Assembly: GCA_973895155.1 (NCBI GenBank) | Contig: OZ316891.1 | Span: 13,609,037 to 13,673,036, forward strand | DNA from: Marsupella aquatica | Taxonomy: Eukaryota > Plantae > Marchantiophyta | Reading direction: 5' to 3' | DNA: 64,000 nt | Shown: positions 46,875-60,490 of the stretch, piece by piece | Position numbering within the stretch: the stretch's first letter is position 1 | Layout of the letters: each line of letters begins with the position of its first letter | The notes under the pieces: generated by a model | What the model was told of the DNA's origin: nothing | Databases searched by the model: none | The model's input: only the letters and a program-made list of their open reading frames with translations | Translations under genes and position numbers: made by a program

Positions 46875-47390
46875 TCTGCCACAAACCCTTGCAAAGGACA
46901 CGGAGAAACATAAAACACCTTGAAAATAAAAAATAGTCTCCAGACAACCCTTGAGAAGGACTGAGAAAGAGGGCCAACAACCCTTGCGAAGGACACAGAG
47001 AAACAGAAAGCACCTTAAAAATGAAAAAACATTCTCCAATCAACACCTTGCGAAGGACACAAAGAAACAGAAAACACCTCAAAAATGAAAAAAAACACTC
47101 TCCAAACAACACTCGCGAAGGGCACAAAGAAACAGAAAACACCTTAATTAAAAAATGAAAAAATACTCTCCAAACAACACTTGCGAAGGACACAAAGAAA
47201 CAGAAAACTCCTTAAAAAAGGAAAAATCACTCTCCAAACGACCCCTGCGAAGTATACAGAGAAACAGAACACCCTACAAATTATAAAATTACTCTCCAGA
47301 GTCCAGACAACCTTTTCGAAGGACAGCGCATAGGAACAACCCTTGCGAAGGACAGCAGAGAGAAACAACCCTTGCGAAGGACAGAGAAAA
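46875..47390. repeat. ~63-bp tandem repeat (about 8 copies) upstream of the syntaxin gene
   Basis: Unit approximately CCTTGCGAAGGACACARAGAAACAGAAAACACCTTAAAAATGAAAAAA..CTCTCCAAACAA. Confidence 0.85.
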
Positions 47391-48015
47391 GGAGGTCAGA
47401 TTGGCCTTTTTCATATTGCACAGCGAAGAAAGTAAAAAAGTTGTGTTCGAGCTTTTGGCTCTCGGTCGACGACAGCACTGTTCGCGTATTCGTCCAAGTT
47501 TCTCGTGGAACGAACAGTGTGCGGAGCAGATTGGAAGCGAGGAGAATTGGACATGCTGGAGCGAATAGGCTGAACGCAGTGTTGCGCCGCGATGGTTGCT
47601 CTCTGCTTGGAAGGAGCTACGATCTTCTTTCTCCTTTCGGTGGACCACTTTTCAGATGGACGCGCGCACCTCTTTCTCTGAGAGCAAGCGAGCAAGCAAC
47701 CTAGTTACCTGGATGACCGCAGAGGATCGACATGTTGTGACATCCATTGCTGTAGATGTTGAATTTCGCCGTTGATCTCCCTCTCTACCTCCCGCAAAAT
47801 TCACCCTTCGGGCGGGGGCGCTACAGCGGATATGCGGATGTTTGGGCCCGTGATCTCTTCTTCACGCCTATGATCGACTGTCTTGTGCTCGATCTGGTTT
47901 ACTGCTTGGGAAGACTGCTAGTTTATTTGAATCATCGTCTACCGCACTTGCAGGAGAAAGAACCCTAGAAGTGGTTTGATGTTTTATGTCCGTCCCTCAG
48001 TGAGAAGAAGAAGTT

Positions 48016-50850
48016 ATGGCGACGCGCAATCAGACCGCGTTGTTCAGAAAATATCGAGATGCACTGAGAGATGTTCGTCCTGGATCTGCTGCCACGACTG
48101 GCAGACGAGGGTCTACGATAGAGTTAACCGAGGTGTTTGGCGGCCCCAAAGGATACACTACTCTGAATACCGACGACGACTCTGATCCGACGAGGTTTTC
48201 ATGCTTTTCCTTCCCACCAATGTTTGTTTTGTTCTACCGAATTTTCTCTTTCCAATCTAGCGAACAATGATTTCTTATGGCAAGTCGGCAACATCATTGT
48301 TCTAAATTCGCAATTCATTCGATGTGGCGTTTGTTTGCGCACAACTCTGCTAGAGTGGGCGACAGAGAGAGAGAGAGACACCGAGAGAGAGGAGAGTGAG
48401 TGACTTCATACCAGAATGGAAAGAGTCCGAGGTTGCTGTGATCCCTAGGTGTTCTATGAACTATGAGACGGGAATGAGTTGAACATTTTGGCAACCGTGT
48501 AGGATGTTCATCGTTTATTTTCCCGTGGTTTATGTTGTAGGGCAGGATCGGTGTCTGTGAGCTTGCCTCCAGCATGGGTGGATATCTCAGACGAAGTCTC
48601 GTCAGAGATGAACAAAGTGAAGAGCAAAATGGCAGACCTAGCTAAATCCCATGGGCGAGCATTGATGGTCTCTTTCGATGACAACACCGGAGAGCAACGT
48701 ACTATAGAACTATTAACTGCGGAAATTACGCGATCACTGAAGAAATGTGAACAGAAACTCCAACGCCTTTCCGGCGGGCAAGGCGTCAGTGGAGATGAAA
48801 CTCTCCGCAAGAATGTGCAGGTGCGTGAGAAGAGCAGAATAATTTCCAATGCCAAAGGTTTGGTTGGTTTCGTTGTGGATGCAGATACCTTGTAACTCTC
48901 AGTAGCAGAATATACTTACTTTAGCCTTAGTTCTCTCAATTACTCTCTACGACGACACAACAGTGACCTTATCTTCAAAGGCTAAAGTAAGTACATTATG
49001 CGAGACACGAGTATGCTGAGAGAGTGTCTCTTCTTCCTGAAGGACCAATTACTTTCCCCAGTAGTGATGATCGAACTGCTGCTAGGGTTTCCATCTTAAT
49101 TAATGTAGTGTTCTTTCTTTTGCAGAGATCTTTGGCGACAGATCTCCAGGCTTTGTCAATGGATTTTCGGAAGCTTCAAAAGGGTTACTTAGCGAAGTTA
49201 AGGCTGCAGAACGAGGTATCTTATCAAACTCATCGATAAGGGAACAAAAGTTGTGCTTTGCGAGTAAATTTGGATTCTTTATCACATTCCTGCTGCTTGT
49301 GCTGAGCAAGCGGTGTATGTAAGAGACCCCATTGTGCAATGTGCGAGTCTTAGCGATTAATTCTTCCAGACCGATTGAAGTTGTTCCTGATGTTGTAGTC
49401 AATTTGTCACTAATGACTGTGTTAGTTAAATTTATCCTTTCATGGTCAAAACTTGTATCCCCCTAGTGGTCTTTTTTATATTCAAGTCCTTGTGCATAGG
49501 GCCAATCTGGAGCTGATCTCAGTATGGGCTTCAGTCAGCAAAGGACAAGAGATGCCGAGGATGATTTCGATGAGGTAGGAGGATACATATCAAAATGTTT
49601 GAGAAGAAAAGTTTCCGTTCGTAACATTGAGTGTTTACGATCATTTACATTTTGAAAGCTTTCATGAGGGTAGCAAGAACATTTTGTGAAGAGCGCTCCT
49701 TGTTGGGAACTGACTGTGGAGAAGTCTATGGACAAAGACACATCAAGTTAGGACCTCTAATTCTAAACAATCTTAACCATTTCTCCTTAATATTTTGGGT
49801 TCCCTTGGTTCATTCTCGTGCGGTGGTTTTGAAATGACGCAGGGCTTCAGCAGTGCACAAATGAATCAGCTGAAGCAAAATGAGGCTATGTCAGCAGAGC
49901 GAGAACGAGAAATTACACAAGTATGTGAGCCCGTTGCAGTAGTTTGTATGTGGTAACTCTGGCAGCTCTTATTGATGGCTGTGCATATTTCTCATGACGC
50001 GATGTTGGATTTGCAGATTGTGGAATCAGTGAATGACTTGGCACAGATTATGAAGGATCTTTCCGTTCTCGTCATTGATCAGGTAGATTTTGGAGATCAT
50101 TCCACTGATTAAAAACAGCTTTTCAATCTTAGATGCCGCTGATACACTCAAGCTCATTTGAATCCACATCTCAGAGTGCATTTCGCACGCTTTCCAGACG
50201 ATGTGCTATGTCATATGATCTGATTCAGTTCTGAGCATGACTTGCTCGTGGGCTGTGTGGCCTTTCTGATAGGCATCATATTTGATATTGCATCTTCAGT
50301 CTTGATTGTTCTCAATAGGCTCGGCATACTCCTGTGCCAGACCTGTGAAGGTTTTACCTACTTTAATGCTTCGAAGATCTGACATACTCTCTATTTATAG
50401 GATCTGTGTGCTTAGTTAGTTATTTAATCTCTGAATGCAGGATCCAACATAATATTCTAATGTATCGTTTCATTTTTTCTTTAGGGAACCATTGTTGATC
50501 GGATTGATCACAACATCACAAATGTGTCAGCGTTTGTGGAGCAAGGAGTGCGTGAACTGACCAAGGTGAGTTTCCGGAAATTTTTTGCAACCTTGGGAGC
50601 TCAATTTTGATGTAAATTATGCTCGACTGAAGGTAAAAACATTATGCTATCAGGTTTGGGGATTTATGTTCTTTCAGATCGATAGGACACCTGCTAAAGC
50701 TCTTCAATGTGGTCGCTATTTTTGTGATGGTTATTGCAGGCGGAAGAGACGCAGAAGAAAGGGGGCATGGTATTGTGTGTGATGCTTCTGATTGCCCTTT
50801 GCGCTTTCATGCTATTCGTGTTCATAATGAAGAAGATCTTCATTCGCTGA
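48016..50850 (+). CDS. SYP4: Qa-SNARE syntaxin of the SYP4 / Tlg2 / syntaxin-16 family, 8 coding exons
   Basis: Exons 48016-48194, 48541-48820, 49126-49215, 49500-49574, 49843-49920, 50017-50082, 50485-50565, 50740-50850, all GT-AG and in phase. MATRNQTALF N-peptide, LPPAWVD, SNARE motif IVESVNDLAQIMKDLSVLVIDQGTIVDRID, C-terminal TM helix. Confidence 0.95.
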
Positions 50851-53801
50851 TGATCACTTGCAAACTGGTACTCCTGCGAGCATGAATTCGTCAAGGCATT
50901 TGGAAAGGGCACTGTTCGAGGTATCTCCCTTCTGCAACCTGCTGGATACACCAAGTCTGGGTTCGACATTTTAGAATCATTGAGGAGATATCAACGTTCA
51001 AAAATCAATACATGGTTGCTATGAAAGTATTAATCTCTATCCGTCGATGATTGGACCAGTTCGTCTGATCAAAGCGAAAGATGAGGGAGATGATGGGTTC
51101 TAATTCTTACAGATTCGTGGAGGAGACACTGTTCTTCATGCCAACTCCCTTCAATCTTGACATGGCAAGTGTTACGGTGATTGCACAGTCAACCTTGTTA
51201 CGCCGTGCTTGCCATCTCTCCATTTGGTGCCATTAGCTCAACATTTCAGGCGAAGGTCCATGCTGAAACCCTTTACATATAAGTGCTTGTAGCACAAAAA
51301 TCTGACGAGGTTACATCTTGTCCACTTCATTCATTTTATCTCCTGGAATGGACATCTAGAGGCCGGGGTTGGCAGGTGCCGACAATGTCGTTAGTCTGGC
51401 CTTCTATCTGTAAAATAATTCATCCCACCATAATGTGGGTTATGTAGGATTGTTCATATCTTACTGTAAGCCACTTAAGATTCAAGATGAAATTTTGACA
51501 CATAGATGACTACAAATCTTTACTCGGAGGTCATCTTCTCATCAGGTCTCTAGGTTGTAGACGGGATACCTCCTGAGTTCCAAGAGTCATCTGCGGATTT
51601 GACACTGTTGCGCAGCCACCAACAAGGAGAGTTTCTAATTTAGGACCAGCTGCCTGCAAATCTCATGTTTATTTCTGTGTCGAAGGGCCTGTCATAAACG
51701 TTCTCTAAGAATTTACTTGTTGTATTGGGTGTTTTTGTACCCGTGGTCAATTGTAAGCTTTTTCATTCTCAGATTCACGGGATTGATTGCCTCTCTGAGA
51801 ATTTGGCGTTACATTTACAGTTTGGATTAGTCAACTGGAAGCTGCACAAGATTTGTGGTCACCGATTTGGAGAGCTAGCTGCCATGATATCCAGATACAT
51901 TCGTTGGAACCTGTGGCGTCCCTTCTACATACGAGATCAGGAACCTTCCAGTGATGAGAACACGATCCTAGAATTGTTCTAGAAAGTGGAGTCCAAGAGT
52001 ACCGTGCTCTGGTTTGCACAAGCTTCTGGTGTTTTCCGTTCAATCTGCGACTATGAGTAGACCCAGTCTAAGCCTATTAGATGGTTCCAGATCCGAAAGT
52101 GTGGTCCAGTGTACAAAAGTTTCTTTTGCAATGTAAATTAGGTGATTCCCGATTTAACAGCATACAACAAGGCATTGACTTACTCTGACGATCCGTTTTG
52201 CAAGATTCTCAAACCACGAAGTTGATGAGAAAGGAGTGACAAGGAATAATTCTCAAAGCAGCTGATTTGTATTCCTTTCCCCCTTCACTCATGCGGGTCT
52301 TGGCTATCTTCGAGCGCACCCCCTCCCGCCCCTGTTGAAAGGAAAAACAAGTTGGGAAGTTGGCATCAAATGTGGAATTGCTTCTAAGATCAGAAGTAGT
52401 CTCTCCAGGGACTGAGAGTGAGGGCGATGCCAAGAGATGTAAGGGTCAGCAAAAGGAGAAGATTGAGAATGAGGAGGATTGACATCTCAAAACAACAGGA
52501 CGAAAATGGGTTAATGGAACCGAACACCTGGTAGATAGTAGGGAGGGACAAGGTGCTCATGGATGAGGGGCATGGAAGGACATTGCTAGGGCCTACCCCA
52601 ATAGTATACCGTTCTAGCCTGTCCACCCTTAAAACCAGATAATGAAAAAGTCCCATATTCTAAAACCCACATCACCTACTCCACACTATTTCTGAGACTG
52701 AAACGGGAATCCAGCAGCTCGATCCGTACTATTATTACCACCCAACTTTCCCTCGGGCAATCCAAAACTCGTTCATTATGGGCCTGAAATCTGGGGAGGA
52801 ATTTGTACATCAACTGTCATACCCAGTAATACTACTGAAAATTATGAAATGGTATAATATGACAGATTTACTAGAGTCATCTGTAGTGTATATTACAGGA
52901 ATACCATGATCATCTATATTGGTAATCACAAAGGTGGCTTTTTGGCAAGGGGACATATCATTCAGGGGCATATACATTTTAGGGATATACTATTCAAGGG
53001 CAGACCCTCTATTTATGTCCAAAAGACAGGTCCTCTGGCTCCTCGTAGTGAAATCATATTTGATGATAGAAAGCCAAACAGGTGCCAGGGTAATCTGCAG
53101 ACTTCTCAATTAGCCACCCGGTCTGCTGGTAGACACTATTTATTGTTAAGGAGTCACGATCATCTACAAAATTTTAGGAACGATTGAGAACCATCATCAA
53201 ACCTAAGATTTAGTGGAGGATGACGTTGAGAAACGTGACACATAAAGAAGCAAGATCTGATGTTCTGTCCGTGATCATCTCGAGTATCTGCAATAAAATT
53301 CTTACTAGTAGAGACAGTTGTTTGGTATCCTGAATTTAGCTCACCCAAGATATGCAAACCACAAATAAAATTATAATTCTGTGAACGGATTGGTACATTC
53401 TTGCCCAGGTTTCTGAAGGCCATGGGAAATGCTGACCCAAAATATACCACGCCTACCAGGAGAACAGAAAGGATTATCGACTAATAATGTAGTGGAAAAT
53501 GAATGACTGTCTTCTACAATGTGTAGACCTAGATCTCAGCTATTTCATGGGTTTTAGCAGAAATTAGTGTTCCGGCCTCATGAAGCTCAGACCGTATTGC
53601 TAACTAAATTTGTGACATGCTGAGAGACCCGCATAGGAGCGATTTGACAGGCCTGCCACCGTCCATCTGCCCCCAAGTCGGCCACATTGCTTTCTGGGAG
53701 TAAGAATAGCAAAACTACCAATCCCAATCTATAGTCTATCTAACAATAACTCTCACTACCCTCTGAGCACAGCATATGCAGGCCCTGGATAAAATCATAA
53801 C

Positions 53802-56800
53802 TTAGAGAACTTTGTCTAACGCTGCCCGATATTCAGCCAAATCCTGCACATATAACACATGAGTAAGTGGATGCTTTTGACCGCTACGAACTGTCCCCCA
53901 TTCTTCTTGCTACATTGATAACATTCCTGAGAAACCAGAACCCGAACTTTAAGCATGAAATTGAACCTCAACTACATTGGAAATCTCCGAAAGGGTGAAG
54001 CTACGATGTAAATTACTTACATGAGTTAGGGCATACACTCCATATGCATCTTTCCCCACTGGATTTCCACGACGAATAAATCTCCCCTCCTTGAATCCAT
54101 ACAGCATGGGGATTCCAGTGGATAGCTCAAGCTCGATGACCTGTTTACAAATGAGCACTGTTATAGCACCTTTGCAAATCCAGAATATTCTTCAATATAT
54201 GTTAAAAAATACGAACCAAACAAACGCAAACAAATACCCTACAACTTGCATTGATCCAGTTTTGTCAGGAGCAAAGTGCATGAACTATCGCACCTATGGA
54301 TAGTGGAAGACTTACCTCTTGAGAGGTTAGTTTGTCCAAATACATAATGATGGACCGCAATGAGTTACCATGTGCAGAGATCAGCACATTCTTGCCAGAT
54401 TTGAGCTGGGGTTCCACCTGAGCAACAAGACCAGCATATAGGGAGTCAATACAACTGAAACTGAAAAATACCAATTAAAGGTGTTGAGCCAACTACTATT
54501 GTTAAAGACGCAAAGCATCCAGCTTACATATTCTTTGAAGTACGCAACAGCACGTTCTGCACACATAGCTAGACTTTCACCATTCGGAGGAGGGATATCA
54601 TAGCTTCTTCGCCAGACTTTGACTTGATCTGCTCCATATTTATCTGCAGTTTCTTGCTTATTTAGACCTTGCAACTCACCATACCTGTGTTCAGATTGCA
54701 CAAAAAAGGAGGTCAGTGTCTTCTTAAAACAGCACCTGTAATCCTGCTGGAACATACTCATGGTTATGTTCTTTCTGTACCTGACAGTACTGAGATGAGA
54801 AGCCTAAAAGAGCCAGAGTACAAGTACATCGATTGCTTACATCCGTTCGTTCAGCTCCCAAGCTATAACTACAGGAATTGTTTCCTCCTTAGTATCTTCA
54901 CTGAAAATTGTGCTCCATGCTACAGCTCTTGCACTCTCGTTGTGTAGGACCGTCGGGACCTGCAAGTATGATCAGGACAAAGATGAATAGGAAAAATAGA
55001 CCACCGAGTTGGACGTAACCAAAAAAAGGATCACAGCCCAGCATCTCAGCCTGGGCTGTCAAGAAACAGTTGAGAGTAAATGACATCTTGGCTTGAAGAT
55101 ATCAAGGTTCCTCGAATAATGATGAGAGGGCGGATCCATTTTATGAAGACATAAGGCTCATTGAGTCACACAACCCTATACATACACCGAAAATGAACAG
55201 AAAATACAGGACGGCATGGTCGCTTAAGGGACACATTGCCTCCAAGTGCCAGGGCAAAGGGTAAGGTCAAAAGTATACTTTGACGTGCCCTGGAAAAGGA
55301 GTCCTTGGACTGACGCCATGATTTATAACTGTACACACCTAAAAGTTGGTCCCTTGATAGTGGTGACCAGTGCACAGTTACTAACTTGACCATGATCAGA
55401 ACAACTTTTAATTGGACGCGCATAATTCAGGGACGCAGAGGATACCACATCTACCAGGGTCCAACATCTCATCTGCAACTGCCATTGATAGCCGACCGCC
55501 CCCCAGGAATCAAATGTGAGTACGGTGGACCTTTAGGATAAGCAAGGAACAAACCTTTTGCTTCCGATGTTGAGTCATGGCCAACATTGCAGTCATCTGG
55601 GCCCGAATCAAATCTGACGTGAAAATCATATCAACAGGAATGTCTTGAATTCGCTTCCCTGCTTCAAGGGCCTCTTTCACTCCTTGCTGTGAGAGAGGAA
55701 CATCTACGCACCCCGTGAACAGATTCTTTTGATTCCACAGAGACTCTCCATGGCGGATCAAAATTAATGCTCCTTCCGCTGCACATGGAGCCCACCAAAT
55801 GTAAATCACTGAGACTAAAACTTGGCATTTCGCACTGACATCAAATCCTACCCGGATGACATCATTAACCCTTAGGAGGAAATGCGCTTCAAAACTTGGC
55901 AGACAGACACACAAAGAAATTTGTAACTTGTCAAACAGTCTCAGCAAAAACTCAGTCTCATCTCCAGACGTGAATAACATGTTTAAAGCAAGCCTCTGGC
56001 TACGATTTCGAGCATCAACTCAAATTCACGGTCGTGGCATTTTCGCCAAAATAATGATCATGCGCAGGCCAGCTGACCCAGACGTCAGTTGCATGAAGTG
56101 GAGATGGCTGTGGTCAGGAAAGGACTTTCTCAACTTGTGAACGGCTCTAATGTCGTCCATAAACTTGTTCTGTAGATTAACGTTCACGATATGGCAGATG
56201 CAGGTTTCATATTATGCCATCTAAGTCTTCCAAAATTCTCGCTCGACAGGGTTGCCTACCTACCCCAGCTCAAACCACAACCAGCTCGGAGAGCCCCAAG
56301 AGAGGGAGCTTGTCTCCGGTGCGAAAATGCATAACCGGCCACCGACACATTTGGAGGAAGAATTCGATACCATACTGTCAGGCGCCTGAACTAGCAGGTA
56401 CAGATGGAACGTGACGAGTGAAAAAGGCCAGCGAAATTATTAAAAGGCAACGGAATGTATTTTCGGTCATGTAAAAGTCTTTTTAGCTGAAGAAGGCGTT
56501 CTTGCAAATATGATATTCCTGAAATGCATCAAGCGGCGACAGCTACCCTCCAAGCTAGAGGTTGGGTACTTGTTAACGACCAACTTACGAGAAATTCTGC
56601 CGTTTGAGGAAGACCCATCGGCACCATTGGTGGAAGATGCCCGGATGGAATACCTCAGGGCGAGAGAACGCTCTTTAGACCCATAAACACCACCATGCAA
56701 CACGTCAAGGTCGCCTCGTCTGGGAAATGTGAACGAGAACCTTGTCGCTGCCGAGGCCAACGAAATTGCTTTTCCCTGACCGGCTATTACTCTAGTGGAC

Positions 56801-56841
56801 CATGAATTGATGCCCGCCGAGAAGGCCACAGACGCTGCCAT
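53802..56841 (-). CDS. gpmA: 2,3-bisphosphoglycerate-dependent phosphoglycerate mutase (dPGM), with a probable plastid transit peptide; 7 coding exons
   Basis: Exons 56841-56589, 55778-55555, 54959-54841, 54684-54528, 54417-54316, 54140-54021, 53843-53802. [59 protein letters not shown]; Ser/Ala/Arg-rich N-terminus. Confidence 0.95.
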
Positions 56842-57290
56842 CCTGCTTGCCACTTCAAAAACGAAACACACCAATTCAAAATTTGGGAAAGGCCATCAAT
56901 CGATCGATCAATCAATAAACCAAATTGTCCGTCTCTTCGCCAGTCTCTGAGCTACGTCTATTTCTAAATGATTGCCGCATTGACAGCTGCGAATCCTAAT
57001 CATTCGGAAACAGACGACAACGCCACACATTCCAGATCAAGCATTCCTGTCACGCAGACAAAAGAAAAGCTTCTCTCGAATGATCACTTCTACTAGAGTA
57101 GCTACGAACCTGGAACCCAGCTGAGATGGGAAAAAAGTGGGAACGGCAGCGGACAGCCCTCCAACCTCTCAAAGAGCGCTCGTTTGGGCCTCCGATCCAG
57201 ATCAACACCTGGGTTTGCAGGCGTCTGCCGACCAGCACCGGATCCGCGACCAGCACCGATACTCGTAGCTCAAACCACGGCCATCTCAAC

Positions 57291-57321
<31 letters not shown>

Positions 57322-60159
57322 GCTGCAACGAAATCAAAACAGAGTCGCAACCCCTGCTCTACTCTGCTCTGCTCTGCTCTTCTTGGCCGAAATCCAAGCC
57401 TCGTGGCTCGGCTGAGTCTCTTGCAACTACAGCAGCAGTGTACGCTGAACCTCAGCCTATGCAAACCACATTCCGCCGTTTTCCTCTCGTTCTCGTGCAC
57501 CTAAGATCTTCTTCGTCGTCCACCTACTGCGGTCGTTGCTTTCTCCGCTGCTGCGATTCCTGCAACCATGGATCAATCGTCCACCTACCTACACTCGGTC
57601 CTTGTTTCCTCCGCTGCTCAGATTCCTCTGCCTCTGCCTCTGCCTGGCCCAAAGATTTTCTTTCTAAATTGGAAGACGGGAGGGAGTGAAGCGAAGTGCA
57701 TATACTGCATTGACCAGACCCGCACTCGACAACATTTATCACAGGGCATTTTCTTTTTGACTCGACACCAGAATTAGACATGTTTGGTGAAGACTCAAAA
57801 GCACACCAAAGTGCTCCACATAAAGGAACCTCAAATGCATAAAACAACTCAAGGGGTCTTTACACTGAAGCAGGGGAAATATTTGGTTAAGACTCAAAAG
57901 CAAATTAAAGTACTCCGTATAAAGGAATAAAGGAATGTCATACCCATAAAACAACTCAAGGGGACTTTACAAGAACCACGGGACAACAATTGAGGGGTCA
58001 TTCCCAGGAGTTTGCTTTTAGATTTGGTGGCAACCCCTTCATGTCAAATGAGTCCATTTTGGCTTTACATGGAGTTGAGAGGTCATTTGTACTCCACTTC
58101 TCCCACTTCTCCCAATGGCACTGGAGTGGGTCCCTCAAAATGTCCCAAACTGTAGACTACCTATGGAGCTGGAATTTTGAAAGGTATATATATCACACTG
58201 CCAAAGCTAGAGTGGGTCCCTCAAAATGCTAGAAAGTTATGGACTACCTATGGAGGTGGAATTTGGAAAGGTATTTGTCCTGCCAAAGAACAACAGAGTC
58301 AAAGGGGGAGACACACCCCAAATGGGGGGCAATGTTCCAAAGGGAGCAGAGCCAATAAGGGGGGAGTGTACAATGTAGTTTTGGCCAAAGTTTATACCAC
58401 CTAGGAAGGTAATTTTGAAAAGTATATAAATCGCACTCCGAAAGAACATGAGCGTCAAACCTAGAGACAGGGTCCCAAAGGAAGGTGACCCAATGAAGGG
58501 GAGGAAGGACCTCTCCACCGCATCTCATTTCTTCAGACAGTATTCAATGCATTATCTGACCACCTTCTGGGGTCAAGAGACACTCTATACCGACCTGTGG
58601 CTGTGTATGGTAAGACATAAGATAGTGACATCTCAATTTTGTCCTCCCTTCCTTGTAAAGTCCTATTTAGTTTGGTCATGATCTTGGGGAGGCTTTATCT
58701 GGTTTGAACGGTCAAGATTGTGGAGAAGAAATCTCATAAATGTGAAGCAGTTCATTTTTGGTCATTATCTTGGGGAAGCTTAATCTGGTTTGGTTGGTTG
58801 GATGCCAGCCTGTTTTGAGTTTGGACCATCTGTGTGTAAGTTGGGGTCCAACGGCTTCACTTTCATTCTGTGCATTGAAATCGAAAGCAGAGATACACTA
58901 GTAGAAATTGGGTGGTTTTGTCACTATGTTTTAGGACTCAATTTTACTACTTGTTCCCAAGAGCAACAAGGGATGACCATTGAAAAATGTTGGTCTAAGA
59001 AATGGAATCTATTTGTTTTATAATTGGTTGGTTTAAGAGTCTCCCAACTCTCTCATTGAATTAGATCTAACAATTTTGGAGTTGGAATTGGAATTAAAGT
59101 TTCAATAGGGGTCACAAACATATGCCACAGAAAATGAGTAGGAGGGTAACTAAGAGTTGTGGCCTCCTCTTTGAAAAAAAAAAATGTGGGTTCACTAACA
59201 ATCACTCATTCATGTGGGCCTCATTGCGGTGTGCAATCGCTCCACTGCTTCCATCACCTGAGTTGCATACCTTAGGCTAGGTATGGTCATCTTGCCTTTG
59301 TAGCCCCTAATGACATCATATGTGATCTTGTCCATATTAAACTTTATACTTATAAACTCGCTTCAAATCACCTACAAGAGTAGTCATTGAAGGACGCATG
59401 GTTGAGAAAATACTATGCCCAGCCAGCTTAATTATGCCAACCCCAAAGATTGTACCTTTGGTGATCTATCCCCACATCACTGACCATCTCGAAAACTGAT
59501 CACCATTATGAACTCTTCTCCCAATACATTTATAAATAACTGTTTTCACTTATTTTATATTAAAAAAAAATCTTTAACTTTTCCCCCATGTTTTTGGTAC
59601 TTAATCTACATATTATTTATCAAAATTCATAATACAGCCCTTGTATAGCCTGGTAGTCATTCAAATTTATAGTGCCCCCAAAAATGAATCTAGCTAAAGA
59701 GAGAGTAAAGCAAGAAGACAATTTAATATAGTGTAACAGAAATAGAAATACACAATTCCCAAGCAAGGAGGGATCCAATAGGACCAAGAAAAAGGGGAGG
59801 CCTCAAACAATGTAGGGGGGATCAAGGAGAACTCCCTATGTATAGGTCACTATGTTTTGGTCCCCTTTAGCTCCCCTCACCTAAGATAAAAAATTTAATC
59901 ATTTTTTTTTAATTACAACCTCCACTTGAAATATCCAAGCACAACCAAGTGATAGGTTGAACTTTAAATATTTCAACCTGTCACTTGGTTGTGTTTGGAT
60001 TCTATGATGCAGTGGGGTCTTCAATTTCTATGTGCAATGCACGGGTAATTGAACATTATCACAATAACAATATGGTCGGGATCACACATAACATGCCTCT
60101 ACAATTACTACATCGCAAAGCTTATATGTTTTTGTTTTGCTGTAACATTTTTTCTAGCC

Positions 60160-60490
60160 TTGAGATGGTTTTCTAATCTTCACATGTTTATTTCTCCTTA
60201 ACATTTTTGCGTTGCCTTGAGATTTTTTTCTCGCAAAATATTTTTCTCACCCTTGACATCTTTTCTCACCTCACTTTACATTTCTCTTCACCTCGACACC
60301 TAATTTTTTTCTCATCTCGCTATCTTTTTCTCACCTTGACAACTTTTACTCATCTTTACATCTTTCTCTCATCTGGCCATCTCTTTTCTTCCCTCAACAT
60401 CTCTTTCTCATCTTGACTTCTTCTACTTATCTTGACTTCTTTTACTCACCTTGACATCTTTTTCTTCCCTCAAGATCTTTTCTCACCTGG
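60160..60490. repeat. Pyrimidine-rich degenerate short repeat (TTTTCTCACCTTGACATC-like)
   Basis: About 12 loose copies seen directly. Confidence 0.65.

Noticed and set aside
57050-57847. 187-aa and overlapping ORFs upstream of the PGM gene
   Set aside because: Microsatellite-rich (CAC/CAA, CTCTG) promoter or UTR-like sequence; no recognisable protein.
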